A stretch of DNA of 64,000 bases from Dudresnaya verticillata (lineage: Eukaryota), in contig OZ374558.1 of assembly GCA_977862235.1 (NCBI GenBank), positions 248,001-312,000 of the forward strand. The letters are read 5' to 3'. The translations under genes were made by a program, and so were the position numbers. Shown in pieces: positions 11,014-23,860 of this stretch (its first letter is position 1; each line of letters begins with the position of its first letter). A model generated the notes under the pieces. The model worked only from the letters and a program-made list of their open reading frames with translations. It was not told the origin of the DNA and did not search any database.

Positions 11014-14000
11014 GGGTACGACTTCAACAAGGATCCCGACCGGTACGTGTGAAAGCAAGGAGATACTCCGGTGAACAACGGAACTTCCTGAACACGTACG
11101 TGGATCAGCTCAAGGAGATGGAATTTTTCGAGGAGATGCCAACCGCCGAATGGCAAGCGGCACCTCTCCTTGTGCCGAAGCCTGGTTCCAGAGCTGGGTA
11201 TCGTATGACCGTGGACCTTCGTCTGGTCAATGGCGCGACAATCAAAGAGTCGTGGCCAATGCCTCATCTGGACAGTGAGGTGTATGATTTCTCAGGGAGC
11301 ACGTGTTTCGCCTCCCTGGATTTCGTGTCGGGTTATTAGCAGCTTCCACTGCATCCCGATTCCTACACCGCGTGTGGCGTCATCACACCGCGCGGGGTAA
11401 TGATATCAAAACGCGTGTTGCATGGTCTGGCGAACGCCGTGGCCTTTTTCCAGAGCTCGGTCGAGCCTCTATTCGCCAGCCTGCGTGATTTTCTGAAGGC
11501 ATGGTTGGACGATTTCAGCCTTCACGCCCCATCCGAGGAGATTCTTTTGGACAATCTCGAGAGTTTTCTCCGCATCTGTAAGGAGAAGAGATTGTGGCTT
11601 TCCGCACGGAAATGCAAACTCTTTCGCAAGCAACTTCGCTGGTGCGGTCGCATTGTGTCTGGGGAAGGGTACACACTCGACCCCACACGTCTTTCGGGTT
11701 TGCAAGAAATGGGAACCCCGAAGACTGCGGAAGAACTTGCGCAGTTCATCTACTGCTGTCGTTGGATGTCGCTCGCCATCCCCGACTTCGCGCGCCGCAT
11801 CGCACCGCTCAACAACATCTTGAAAGAGGCGTACGCCAAATCTGGAAAGCGCACGAAGAGATCTATCCGCAAGATCGCGCTCAGTAGCCTGTCTTGGGGG
11901 CCCCCGCATGAGAAGGCCTTTCTAGATCTTCAAGACAGCCTACGAACCGCTGTCACCCTCTCTTATCCGGATCCGGACAAAGCTATTTGCGTATTCACCG
12001 ATGCGTCCGAACGGTTCTGGTCTGGCGTTGTCACGCAGTGCGACGAATTAGATCTGAAGAAGCCGGTCGGCGAACAGAAGCATGAACCCCTCTCATTTTT
12101 GGGTTCCCAGTTTACAGGCGCATCGCTGAACTGGTCTACCTTCGAGAAAGAAGGATTCGTGGTGTTCCAGACCTTTGAGAAACTCGACTACATGCTGCTC
12201 GGTCACGCCCGTACTCACGTGTTCACGGATCATCGAAATCTACTGTTCGTGTTCGCACCTCTTGCGCTGGAACCAGCTCTTGGAAGGCACATTGTCTCAA
12301 AAGTTCAACGTTGGGCTCTGTACTTGTCCAAGTTCAGCTACGTCATTGAGCACATCAAGGGAGAAGAAAATGTGTTCGCAGATATTCTTACTCGCTGGGT
12401 CAAGGGCTACCGCAACGAGAAGTCAATGCTGTGCAGCGTTATACTCGAAGAAGCTGAACAGCTCATACCTGCCGCCGACGCAATTGTATGGCCGGATATC
12501 GAAGTGATTCGCGACTCACAAGCGTCTCACACACGCACTGAAGGAGTACTCCTTGACGAGGATGACAGATTGTGGAAGAAAGGAAATCTCATCTGGATTC
12601 CGAAGGAGGACCTCGAACTCAAGCTCAAAGTAATTGTGTGTTCACACTGTGGTACAATCGGACACCGAGGTATGGATGCAACCAAGAGCATCATACTCGA
12701 GAACGTTTGGTGGGAGACCATCAAGGAGGATGTCGACGAGTTGGTTCGCGGATGCCTACACTGCATCGTAACCCGTACGGGGGAGATCGTCCCGCGACCG
12801 CTCGGACACGCTCTGCACGGCGAACGCCCTAATGAAGTTGTCCACGCCGATTTCCTTTACATGGGTCAAGGTGTGGACGGGGAGAAATACGTCCTCATCA
12901 TACGGGACGACTTGTCCTCGTACATATGGCTTTGGCCAACAGACGAAGCGGACGCCGACGCTGCCGCTGCTTCCCTGAACGCTTGGGTTGGCAGCTTTGG
13001 TTCTATGGATTGGCTGGTCAGCGATCAGGGATCCCATTTCAAGAACAAACTACTCAAGGAGATGGTGGAAGAACTGCGTTCGCAACATCATTTCACCACG
13101 GCTTATTCTCCGTGGGCGAACGGTTCCGTCGAGAGAGTTTGCCGCGAAGTCCTTCGCGCGTGCCGCGCGCTGCTCAGCGAATGGAAGCTATCGCCGAAGG
13201 ATTGGCCTGCAGTAACCGAGTCTGTACAGAGCATCATTAATCAAGCTCCGCTTCGGAAGCTCGGCCTTCGCGACGCGGAAGTGCCAGGTGTACACCGCAC
13301 TCCGGTCGAGGTCTTCACAGGACATCGACCTGTGCGTCCTCTACTGAGAGCCTTACCGATGAACAAGTACCGGTCGGCCAAAACAATCGAAGAGTTACGC
13401 GCACGCGTGCTTCTCAACATTGATCAACTCCAAGATGCGTTGCTCAACATTCATCGAGATGTGGAAGAGATCTCAAGTGCTGCGCGGAAGCGAAAGGTTG
13501 ATCAACACAACAAGCGCACGAACGTTCACCGCGCTAACTTCGTTGAGGGCGACTTTGTCCTCGTTCGTCGCGCTCAGCCCGGTGGACACAAGCTGAAATT
13601 CGTTTGGCGAGGACCTCGGCGCGTCACACAAGTCCGTTCGGAATGGGTCTTCGAGATACAGAACCTCATCACGGACAAAAGGGAAGTGGTGCACGCGCGC
13701 CGCTTACACCTTTACCGCTCGGATATGGATGGCAAGGAAGTCCTTCCTGCACTGCTGAAATCTGCGGAGCACTCCGAGACAAGCTACCAGATTGCCGAAC
13801 AAATACGCGGCATCAGAGAAGTTGATGGAGAACTTCAGATTCACTTGGAGTGGAGTGGGCTCCCCGATGAGGTCGACTGGACCTGGGAACCCTTGCGCCA
13901 AGTCTTCGAGGACATGCCTGGACTGCTCGAAGATTTTCTCCACACTACCGGGACCCGCAGTCTCAAACGACGCGCGCTCGCGCAATGCAATTTCTCGTAA
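10960..14000 (+). pseudogene. pol: Pol (RT-RNaseH-integrase-chromodomain) with a frameshift near 10965 and TAG at 11337
   Basis: WQAAPLLVPK, YRMTVDLRLVN, DFVSGY*QLP, WLDD, FTDASE, TDHRNL, H..H..CLHC, VHADF, VSDQGSHF, NGSVER, C-terminal chromodomain (LEWSGL..WTWEP). Confidence 0.92.
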
Positions 14001-14041
14001 CCAAGCTTCTTTGTTCACGCTGAACAGAAGCTTGGGGGCAC

Positions 14042-14651
14042 TGTTACACATAGCGCTCGCACTGTTTGGGAGTACTCCCTAGAATGGGATCCCAACGCGC
14101 ACATGCGACGCTGCAGGTGCATTCCCTAGAATGGGAGCCTGCTGGGGAACGCACTGCTGAACAATGGCAAACCCCACGGCCGATCATGGCTATCGCGCAC
14201 AGACCTGGTGAACCTGCACAAGGCAGAACTGCCGGTCTGACAATGCGAATTTGCGTCCCTTCGGACAAGCCTCTACATCTTATTGGCTAACGCTCAGGGT
14301 CCCCTGACAACAGGGTTCAGACCTGAACGACTTCCCGTCCGTCCCCGACCCACTGTGGGACGGCGGGTGTGAACACATCCACCTGTTCAGGTCTATCTGA
14401 CTTGGAGCGGATCCCGAGAGCATGCGGGCCACAAATACTGTGGGTCGCTTTGAGCCGTCCGGCTGTAGAAATAATAAAGGCAGCACTCTGGCGTCGAACG
14501 ACGACGACGAGGGACATGACACCACTCCTCATCCACGCCGTGACTTTGCCCTCCACTTTGCCAACCCCAACTTTCTCTCTACCAACCTTTTACTTTTCCT
14601 TTTCGAGTTCGCGATCTACTGCTTCGAAGGCAAAAGCTGTTAAGCGTCACA
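14042..14651 (+). repeat. 3' LTR (610 bp)
   Basis: Apparently identical to 8518-9127. Confidence 0.97.
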
Positions 14652-15824
14652 CCTTTCGAGGTTTCTTCAGTTGAGAAGGTGGCTTTCTTCTGGAAGGATC
14701 AGTCTCCTCATCACATTGAGAAGCTGCTTTAGCTTCACTTTGGGTTTCTTCTTGCGTCTGAGAAACGGCATTCCGGATGACCGGTGCATCCGAATCGATT
14801 TGGGTAGCACCATTTTCTTTACCGCTGTCGACGAGGTCCAAAACTTCTTCTTTTATTGTATCGCCAGAGAGTTATCAGCGTTAGGTATAGAGTGTTTCAC
14901 CCCGGACAAATTCGCTGACTCTTTGTCTTCGACAGAGTGTATGCTCTGAGACAAAGCATTACATTCTCGTGTAAGTTGATCGTGGGGACTAGATTTCCAT
15001 TCTTCAAGGTCATGTATGCCGACTGACATTCTGTGTGGTGCAGATGGCCTTGACACCTGTGCATCTGGTTCCTGTCCGGCGCGTTCATGGGCTGGAGAAA
15101 TTCTGTTCGGCGAGCGAGTTCCTGGGGTTGCCTGCTCATTGTCACCGCAAGAAGTTGGCAACACAGCCACCTGTTTTCCATCTCGCTCAGACTCTGGCGA
15201 TGATGGATGCAGCTGCCTCGACACGCCCGCATCTTCTTCACCATCGGAAGGACGAAATTTAGGCCGTCTTCGAGCTCGTGGTTCACTTCCGCTTGAAATG
15301 CAAATAGCATCTTGCCCCGTTGTTGCACGCCCGGAATTGTCCGCTGCCGATATGGATTACGATCCCGTCTCGTCCCTGTCGGAGACCTTCCGTCGAGGAA
15401 CACTGCTTAAAACCAGAATGTATCCCTGACCACTGGTATTGCGTAGACGCTGGGTACTCCCGTCGCATGCTGGAAGCCTCCGCGTCGGTGCGAGCATCGT
15501 TCGAAGTTCTTCTTCCGCAATCTGCGCCAGAATGGGGACTTAATGCATAGCCTCCGCAATGCGGCGGCGCGCATGATCAGGGATCCTCAGGGCGGCCAGG
15601 TCAGAATCGCTGAGGAGGCGCAGCGCCTCGAGATCGATCTCCTCAGTGGCGAGGCGTGCTGCGTAGCGCTGGAGGCTGAGGAATTGCAGGAGGCGCGCAA
15701 CGTGCGGGTCTGCTGTGGAGGCGGCGGGGCGACTGGTAGCTGCGGAGCGGATGCTCTTGTGTGCATCCATTCTCTTCCCTCCCGCACGCGTTACCATAGT
15801 TCTTAGTCCATCCCATTGTGGCAC
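14652..15824 (-). pseudogene. SAM-domain protein pseudogene, 5' part
   Basis: VARLLQFLSLQRYAARLATEEIDLEALRLLSDSDLAALRIPDHARRRIAEAM is a typical SAM pattern; downstream low-complexity frame broken by stops. Confidence 0.7.
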
Positions 15825-16437
15825 CCTGGGATCGTGCCCTGATCAGCCGTCTGACACATCACCCGCACGTAGCTGTCTTGGTGCGATCCGTCATCCGCGG
15901 TGCCCGCATCTTCGCCTGAGCAGCGGCTTCCCACACCGCCCGCTCCCGCTCCGGACCATCCTGAACTATCCGATTGCACGGATGTTCCCGCCCAGTCGAA
16001 GCAAATGGCAAACACGACTTTTGATCCCGTGCCCCTTTCCACTTTGCACACCTACAACATTCGACGGACACACCGACCACGCGGTTTGATGATCAATTTG
16101 TATTGATGTGGCCAATTGATCACGCCAACCGCCGTTTTCCCGCCTCCTCCACCGTTATTCATGGGCCCGCCTGCTCCACCGTTATTCATGGCCTTCCCCC
16201 ACCTATCGCGCCTTCTTTACAAATAGCGCGGACGCGCACGCCACCACACCGGAACTCACACTTCTATAAACTACAAACACCCGCGCGCCGGGGCGTACGC
16301 GGCATCGATCATGCCGCGATTAGCGCCCTCCTTCGTCCCCCTCCTCCAGTCTCTCAGCCCCCCACAACCACCCCTCCCTCTCCTTCCCTGCGCTCTCTCA
16401 CTCCTCAACCCCCTCCCGCTCCCCCCCTCAATCGTCA

Positions 16438-16622
16438 ACACACCGCCGCCGCACCGCCACACCGCTGCCGCACCGCCACACCGCCGCCGCCCCGCCACAC
16501 CGCCGCCGCACCGCCACACCGCCGCCGCACCGCCACACCGCCGCCGCACCGCCACACCGCTGCCGCACCGCCACACCGCCGCCGCACCGCAACACCGTCG
16601 CCGCACCGCCATACCGCCGCCT
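16438..16622 (+). repeat. 19-bp GC-rich minisatellite (ACACCGCCGCCGCACCGCC) x ~9-10
   Basis: Direct reading; 19-aa periodicity in the overlapping ORFs. Confidence 0.9.
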
Positions 16623-18847
16623 CCTCGCACTTCCTGCCCCCGCCGACCTCGAGCATGATGATGACGATGAGGAGGGTGCTGCTGCGAGTCAGACCAGACT
16701 CTGCGCGCCCCTCCTGCAGGAGTTTTTCTTCCCGCCACTCGCATGCCCCGATCGGGGCCCCTGGCCTTCGAGCAGTTCCGCTAGTCGACCACCTGCCCCG
16801 CCGGTTAGCGACCCGCCCCGGTTGTCGAAGATCTGCCTGCCGATGCCCCGCCTCGCTGTTTTATGCCCCCCCTTGTGCACGCCTGCCCCGCGTGTACACC
16901 GACGCATTGCCGCACACTGTGCACACAGTAAGCACCCCGCCCCACCGCTGGACACCCCGCTCGATCACCCAGCCCCAGCTGACTGCCCCGCATGCTGTCT
17001 CTCGCCGTTCGCGGCCCCCAATCGGGTCGAACCCGAGTTTGGGGCTTTCAAGAACAAGTGTGGTAAAACAAGAAGAAGTGCAGAAGACATTTATGAAGAT
17101 AACGATGCAATAAGTTGACTACTGCTTTGCTGGCCCTGCCCCACTGTCCTTTGCAGCCGATCCTTTCTTCTCGCGGTGGCCTTGGCGACGATTCTTCTTC
17201 CCCTTGCTCCCTGTGCGATGTTTATTCAAGCCATGGGATTCATTCTTCAGCTCTTGATCAAAAATCTCACGGTGGCCAACCAACTCGGCAAGCTCGTACT
17301 TGGATTCGAACAACACCTTCGCAAGATATTGCCTTTCGAGGATAGTAGCGACGAATAGCTGATGCAAGATCCTTGCGAAGTCCGGAAAAGGCCTCGTTTA
17401 GAAGCTTGTTGTTCAGCTCTTTCTCCTTATCGTTCTGCTGAACGCCTTCCTTGTTCGATGTATACATCTTCAACGTACTTACGCACCAAGCATCGAACAT
17501 ATGGTAAAGGTCATCATCTTCCTCTTCCTGCCTCCCGTTGGACATCGCCGATCCCATAGCTCCCTCACTACCCTCGTTCCGAGCAGCCTTATTCATCTTT
17601 CCGAGGCCGATTGGCCGATTGATCCGTCATGCTGGAACAATCCCTCACCACCCCATCCACGACCGTCCGATGACCGATATGCAATAGCTTTCCTGTTTAT
17701 TGCAAGTCTCTCCCTTACTTGGTAAAGTTCTTCATTGCAACGTTCGAACATCTTCATCAATTCAAGTAGAAGGGGCGGCTGCACTGATATCGCCCGGGAT
17801 GACGACATATTTCCTTGAGGAGATCTCGGTTCCTCTCTTCGAATATTGTTCTCAACGTATATGAAATAAGCGGACCTTGCACAAAGTTGAAAGCATTCCA
17901 GGAAGCATAACAAATACGTTTGTCCTTTCACTGCTGTCTCCTATTTAATTAGAGTTTAATGTTAGTTGCTACAAGTTGGCAACTGTTAGCCGCAGCCGCC
18001 AACAGTTTCCAACTTTTGGCAACTATTAGCAGCTAACAGTTGCCGTAAATGGTCACCAACTGTTAGTGTGCGTTGCAAATCAATACTGCCGCAATTTCTA
18101 ATTTGATGACCTATTCAGGTGGCGCTGGATACCTTTTTGTATACAAGTACTCTTTCTCTTTCAGGTAGAAGCAGAAGATAGCTACAACTACTAAGTGGGA
18201 AGCCTTCTCAGGAACTAAGTGGAAGAAATATCAGACTGGTTTACATGTGCTGCGAGTCAGACAAGACTCTGCGCCAAGTTTCAAGGTATTTCGCTACCTC
18301 CCGGCTCCATTTACGTGCCTGCGGGACGTGGTGTAGGGAGGCTGCGTCAGATTGCCATTCAACCGACCATCCTGATCTGATTTCATAGTCATCGTGCTCC
18401 ACTTCCCAGCCTGAGGACCGTATCGCGCTCGGTACTATATTAATAGTAACTCGTATAGGATAGCAGCGTAGCTAAAAGCAGACGACATGGCTCTACAGTT
18501 CTTTCATGCCGGGAATTTTTCCGCAGTTGTCTCAGTCACGCTGCAGCCTTCCATGAAAGGGGAAGAAGTTCAAGTTACGATGGGAACGAAGGTTGAGATG
18601 TCTATTCTGTCTCTTGATGTGAGTGGCTTCGTTTCAGGTTTGCGAGCCCCGCCGCGGGTCGGGTTCAGGCTTGTCAACTGGTTGAAAGACCGTCCAGGAA
18701 AGACTCTATCCAGACAAGTCATTGCGCGATGGCGACTTGACGTTGCGCAATCGTTCAGACCAGCGCTCTCTTCGACTCACGATGGAAACTACGAAATCAA
18801 GTGAGTGATGTTATCTTCTGGGCGCCTGAAGCAATTTCGGGTACCTA

Positions 18848-19950
18848 CTATGCCTCCTTGTTTCTACGCGGAGGTCCAGAAACATTTTGGCAGGCCGACT
18901 TCACACGGTAGATATCAACTATGTTCCTGCCCTTCTTGACGAAGTACGCAGTCCTATCTGCTCCGAGGTAGAAGAGATTTCGGACTCGCTGTGTTCCGTC
19001 CCTTCCGTTCAGCTTGTGCCTAACAAGAATTTTCGTGCTGGGTATCTGGACCAACTGGACAATCTCTGCACACAGAATCCGGACAAGTTCATCAAGATTT
19101 GGGCACCTGGCCATCGTGAGCCCTCCTATGATGCTATCTTGTTCCAAAACGCTTCCGTTCCTGTTTACTGTCTCGCAAAACATGGCGAATGTGTCCGAGC
19201 AGCGCTTGCGAATACAGTGTTCAGTTTAAAAGGAGCATCGGATTCCCTAATGTTATTGCGATCCGGAGCCGTAACTACGTCGTTAACATCTTCTCTCTTG
19301 GAAGTATTCTGTTTTGTGCTCAAGCTGATAGTATGGAAATGGTTCTCGACACGGTTGTAGAACGGGTCTTTCTTTCAGATGACTTCAGTCCAAGAATTCA
19401 CTTGTCTTTTTTCTTGCATGTGTGCCTTTTGTTGCTCCTGGCAAACAATAGGCGGAAGGTTCTGATAATTGAGGGGAGGACCGAGAGTACTCCATTTCGA
19501 AGAGTAAACCTTCTGAACCGAGCCATTGAAATGTTTCGGCACAGAATTTTGTTCCTGCGAACAGAGAATCTTATCGAGACGGGAGAAGTTCTGAAATCTC
19601 TACATGAAGCTGTGTCCTGTCGTGCTTCGCGACTGCGACTGAAAACTATATCTCGCAGCAACATTCAGTTTCGGTCTTGGGAGAAGTTGGCGCAGTTATC
19701 AGTATTGCAGGTGAGCGTTACAGATGTTCTGGAGCTTCAGCTTACTTTGTTGTCCAGAGTTTCGAAGGAAGAAGCAATCGAGCTTATATCTATTGGGTAC
19801 AACCTTCCTGATAAAACTTCTCTCGCTTGTGAGCATGCTGCTGCCACCACCCGAGCAGAGTCGGGAAGAACAACAGTGTTCTGTTCCAAGTCGGGAGGCA
19901 TTAGCAACCGTGCAAGCTGGTCCCTTTTCGAGTTCTACAGTACTGGGTAA
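18848..19950 (+). pseudogene. Frameshifted unidentified coding remnant
   Basis: Overlapping 157-aa and 253-aa ORFs with protein-like composition; no motif recognised. Confidence 0.3.
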
Positions 19951-20376
19951 GTCACCGCCCTAGGGCGGAGCTCAAGGCGAGTGTGAGCGAGAAGCTTACA
20001 AGCTGTGGACAATTGAGTTTACTCAACCATGTATGCATACATGCATGGCTATCTAATAAAAAAGTGAAGGCATGGTTTGTGCAGGCAAAAGGTATTTACC
20101 TTGAGAATTACGCAGAGTTCTCCGCAGAGAATTCGACGCGTCCAAGGCAACCGTACTATAGCAACAGCTGCATGCAGCTACTGCAGTACTACCCGACCGT
20201 CGCTCGTGTCGATCGACATGTCGACCTGCATCTACATCTTGTTGCGGATCCGCGAGTGTGGAGCAGTAAAGCAAATCAATGGTATCATCGCCTGTGTCCA
20301 CTTCCGGTGTTGACTCTCCGGATCGAGTTCCGGTGAGACTGAGTCGGTGGAGGTCCACCACTTTGCGTATGGTTGC

Positions 20377-21348
20377 TCATTTGTCTCTCGCCAGCTTCAT
20401 TCTCATCAGGCGATAATCTTCAAAAGCGCCTTCGAAGTCCTTCCCCGTTATCCCTTCCAGCTTCCCGTCGACGAGTTTCTGGATAGCCCCGCGAACTTCA
20501 TATGCGTTTGAGCGGTTGATGCCATAGTTCTGGACCATCTTGGATATCACTTGTCCCCCAATAGGAAATCTTATATACACATCTTTCAGAAGCTCAACTT
20601 TCGTAACGTTAACAACTGTTGACGAAGAGCCATGGCGACCTGCAGGTCGCTTAAGTCTCTTCTCAGGCGGTATTTATTCGTCTTCATCAGAGTCTCCAAC
20701 GATGTTGACTAGAAGCTTCAGTAGTTTCCTGCGCGCCGATAGAGGACGAGTCGAGGTACTGACTCTTGCAAGCTCTTCATTCTTCTGGGGTGAAGCATAA
20801 GCATCGCTTTCCCCTTCTCTTTCCAAGAGAGTTGCCCACCTTGAGTCACGGAAGTAGTTTGTCACTTTTTTCAATGCTAAAGATTAAGCACAGGGCGGGC
20901 AGTCTTCAAAGATGTCTGGTCGAGCCGGCCGGTTGTCCTTCTTGGTCAAGCCGCTGCGACTAGTCATTCTGAGGAACGCCAGTCGCTTTGCAGATCGAAA
21001 GTCGGGGATGCTTAGACCGTACCCCAGCATGAGGAAGCGAGCAACAGTCTCTTGAGAGATGTGGCTTGAGGCTGAAATCTTAACCTGGGGCTGATGCGCT
21101 GTTGCTGGAACATCAGAGAGAAACTCTGAGGAGATTTTGGAGAAGACAGAACGTCTCAAGTTGTAACACCACTGAAGTATGTGGAGCGGATATGAAAACG
21201 GTGTCCAGTTCCCCTTAGGTTTGCCTTTCGCGAATTCATCTTTTATCCACTTGTCAGCTTCTCTAGCAAGGGCCTTCTTCTTGTTCTCGTCAGGGGAAGG
21301 GGAAGGTGGTTTTGGGGCGAATACTCGCACGCCTTGTGAACCGAGCAT
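20377..21348 (-). pseudogene. Fragmented unidentified coding remnant
   Basis: Three consecutive minus-strand ORFs (154, 66, 67 aa). Confidence 0.3.
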
Positions 21349-22024
21349 GATGACGTAATTACGAGACCTTAAAGTGTGTGGTTATGTGGGTAGCATCAAT
21401 GGAGAGGTTCGTGATCGGTCGGTAGTTTGAGTAGTCTGCCCGTACGTAATGTAGACGTAATGAGTACTGGTTAACGGCAATGAAAGTCTGAACGTCGAAG
21501 ATTGGTGACCATGAAATTATTAAGCTTTGAGGTGAATTTAGGGCGGGGTGTCGCTACACCGCGGGAGTTACAAATTTGTTAAGTTCTTTGAGCGCTTGCC
21601 GCTTTCGAGACATCGGTTGAACTCTCGCGCGCACGCGCACGAAGCTGCAAGCCTTTTTGCAGTTGTTCGACTCTCGCTGCTCGCTGCAGGACTTAAGCCG
21701 TCGTGTGTGACTGCTTTGAGATGTTCCTACTCTCACCGCTGCGACTTCCCAGTCCTTGCCCCACAGGTCCGGTCCAGAGCTGCCCCGATTGGACCATGGG
21801 CCAAAACGGACCGGGGGACTGGGTGCGAGGGCAGGGTGCGGGGCTCCATGGGCCATCTGCTGGACTCCGCTGGATTGGTGGGTGGGGCGCGCCTAACATG
21901 AAATAAAACGACGGATATAATGAGCCACAGCAGAAGTGCTGTTTCACTGTAAGTGGTGTGTGCGTATTAAGATGTAAGACGCCCACTCGCATCAAGCTGT
22001 AAGGCGCGCACAAGCGCCGTGCAC

Positions 22025-22562
22025 TGTAAGGATGATGCGCCCCGCTGGCGTCCCTGCTGGCACCAAATTTGATGGCAAATTGCCATTGGGTAATTTATTG
22101 TGGCCGCTCACGCGGCCCGACGCGGTACTACCACTAATCCGTATTTATAACTGACAACAGTACTATTAGATTAATAATTACAGGTAGAATAGCTTAGAAT
22201 AACTCATAGGAGGTAAGAGCAATTCCGGCTCTGCCATGCTTAATAGGCCCCTTAGTAGCAGGGCCTCCTGAATAGAACCCTACGGTGGGTTTGGGTCTTT
22301 TCCCCTTTTTATGGAATTCACAGACTCACCGTACCTTTTTCCCCTTTCAGGCGCTCTACGAGCCTTGTCTCCGCACGACGGAAGCTCTGCGCGAGCTGGG
22401 TAGCGCCGCCCTTCCCTTTTCCCCTTTTTCCTAGGCTTTGTGCCTTTTTCCTCAAGTCTCTACCAACTCCCTTTTCCCCCGAGCTACCAAAGCTAGTGTC
22501 GGCCATAGGACAGGTGTCCTGGTTGTTTCCGTTCTATCTGGCCCCGTGGCCATTCTACTACA
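22025..22562. repeat. LTR-like segment truncating the Gypsy RNase H
   Basis: TGTAAG...CTACTACA; resembles 50925-51638; abuts RNase H exactly at IYT(D). Confidence 0.5.
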
Positions 22563-22846
22563 CCGTATAGATGATTGAACGTTTCCCGAGTTGCGGTAAT
22601 CGGAGTATCGACGGTGAGAAGAGCTTCCGTTTGAGCGTTTCGAATGCGGTAACCTCATACGCCGTGGGACTCTCGTAGTCAGGATCTGCGTCCTTTCGTG
22701 TCATGTCCGTCAACGGTCGCGTAATTTTCGCGAAGCCTTTAACGAATCTTCGGTATACGTTACACGCTCCGAGGAACGAAACGACTTGAGTGAGTGTTTT
22801 CGGGAACTTAGCGTATCGGAATGCCTCGGAGCTCTTCTCGGCCATA
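22563..22846 (-). pseudogene. pol: Gypsy RT connection/RNase H start (downstream part of the element at 42508-46850)
   Basis: VVSFLGACNVYRRFVKGFAKITRPLTDM..AFETLKRKL..ILRLP; continues GKLSM|AEK across the DNA transposon. Confidence 0.9.
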
Positions 22847-23100
22847 AACACTACTTTCGAGATATTCAGAATCAACTTTACAAAACAGTACCAAATTGCA
22901 CCCCGGTTTCTTTAGCTCTGTGGAACCGGGAGCGTGCGCTGAGAACAACGGTGGAATCCGTTTGTCTGTAGCGTAACTAGTTCAGAAGTTATGGCGCACT
23001 AAGCACAGTCTGTACACCCCCCAAACGTTTCCGAAAGTTTCACACTTTTCCGAATTTCTGTAAAAACAATTTTAATTAGATTTTCCCTCACCCTGTGCGG
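22847..23100 (+). repeat. Left TIR (resumes at 27544-~27605 after the LINE)
   Basis: Reverse complement of ~42180-42507. Confidence 0.93.
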
Positions 23101-23860
23101 AACCAAAAGTCCTACAACTCTCTCTCCTTCTCCTTCTTTCTCGCCGTTCTCTTCATTCTTTGCCCCTGCTTTTCGTTCCTGTCTCTGCTGCTAGCGTGCG
23201 CTCCTCGCGTGTCGCTCGTTCTTTGCACCGCTTCCCTTCGCCGCTGTGCTTCGCACCGCTGCTGGGGGCCTCGGCGCTTTTCGCTTGTCTTTCCTTCCGC
23301 TCTCGTCTTTTCGTTGTCGCTCGCCGTTGCTTCCACTTCCCTTCTGTATCTGGCTACGCCCTTGCTACATCCTATCATACCGTCACCCAATGCGACGAAG
23401 CGTGCTAACAAACCGTCTCCGGAGTCTGCCTTTATTGGCTTAACACACCACGCCCTTGACTTTCTTTCCGATGCTGCTGGTCTATTGGACGGCGCTGTCG
23501 ATCTGACCGATTCTACCTCCGTCGAAGCCTTTATTCTCAATCTGTTCAAAATTCCCCGCGTGCAAGCTGTTCTACCGACGTTTTCTCGCAATCCTCGTTT
23601 CGCCTCGCTCTTGCGCATTCTCTCCGCATTCTCCCATCCTCCGGGCTGCCAGGGTGGCAATCCTACAGTGTCCCTTCTACCCTCTGCATCTACTCCGCCG
23701 GATCTGAATCCATCCTCGGTCCCTGCATCTTATCGTCATGCGTTCGAACGAAATCGTGTCGTGCCCTCCCCCGCCTCCTAAGTCCACCCGCAATCTCTCC
23801 AAGCTTCCGTTGCTCGGTCGTGCAGGTCGCATTTAACAGGACAGCCCCGGTGCTACTTCT

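Larger units (their letters stand above)
8518..14651 (+). mobile_element. Full-length Ty3/Gypsy chromovirus-type LTR retrotransposon
   Basis: TG..CA LTRs, CCTT TSD (8514-8517/14652-14655), purine-rich tract before the 3' LTR, gag-PR-RT-RH-IN-chromodomain order. Confidence 0.97.

Noticed and set aside
16438..16622. CRISPR-like array
   Set aside because: Contiguous tandem units without unique spacers; no cas genes.
16103..17113. 336-aa Pro/Arg/His-rich ORF and its antisense ORFs
   Set aside because: Open because of the GC-rich 19-bp minisatellite; no domain evidence.
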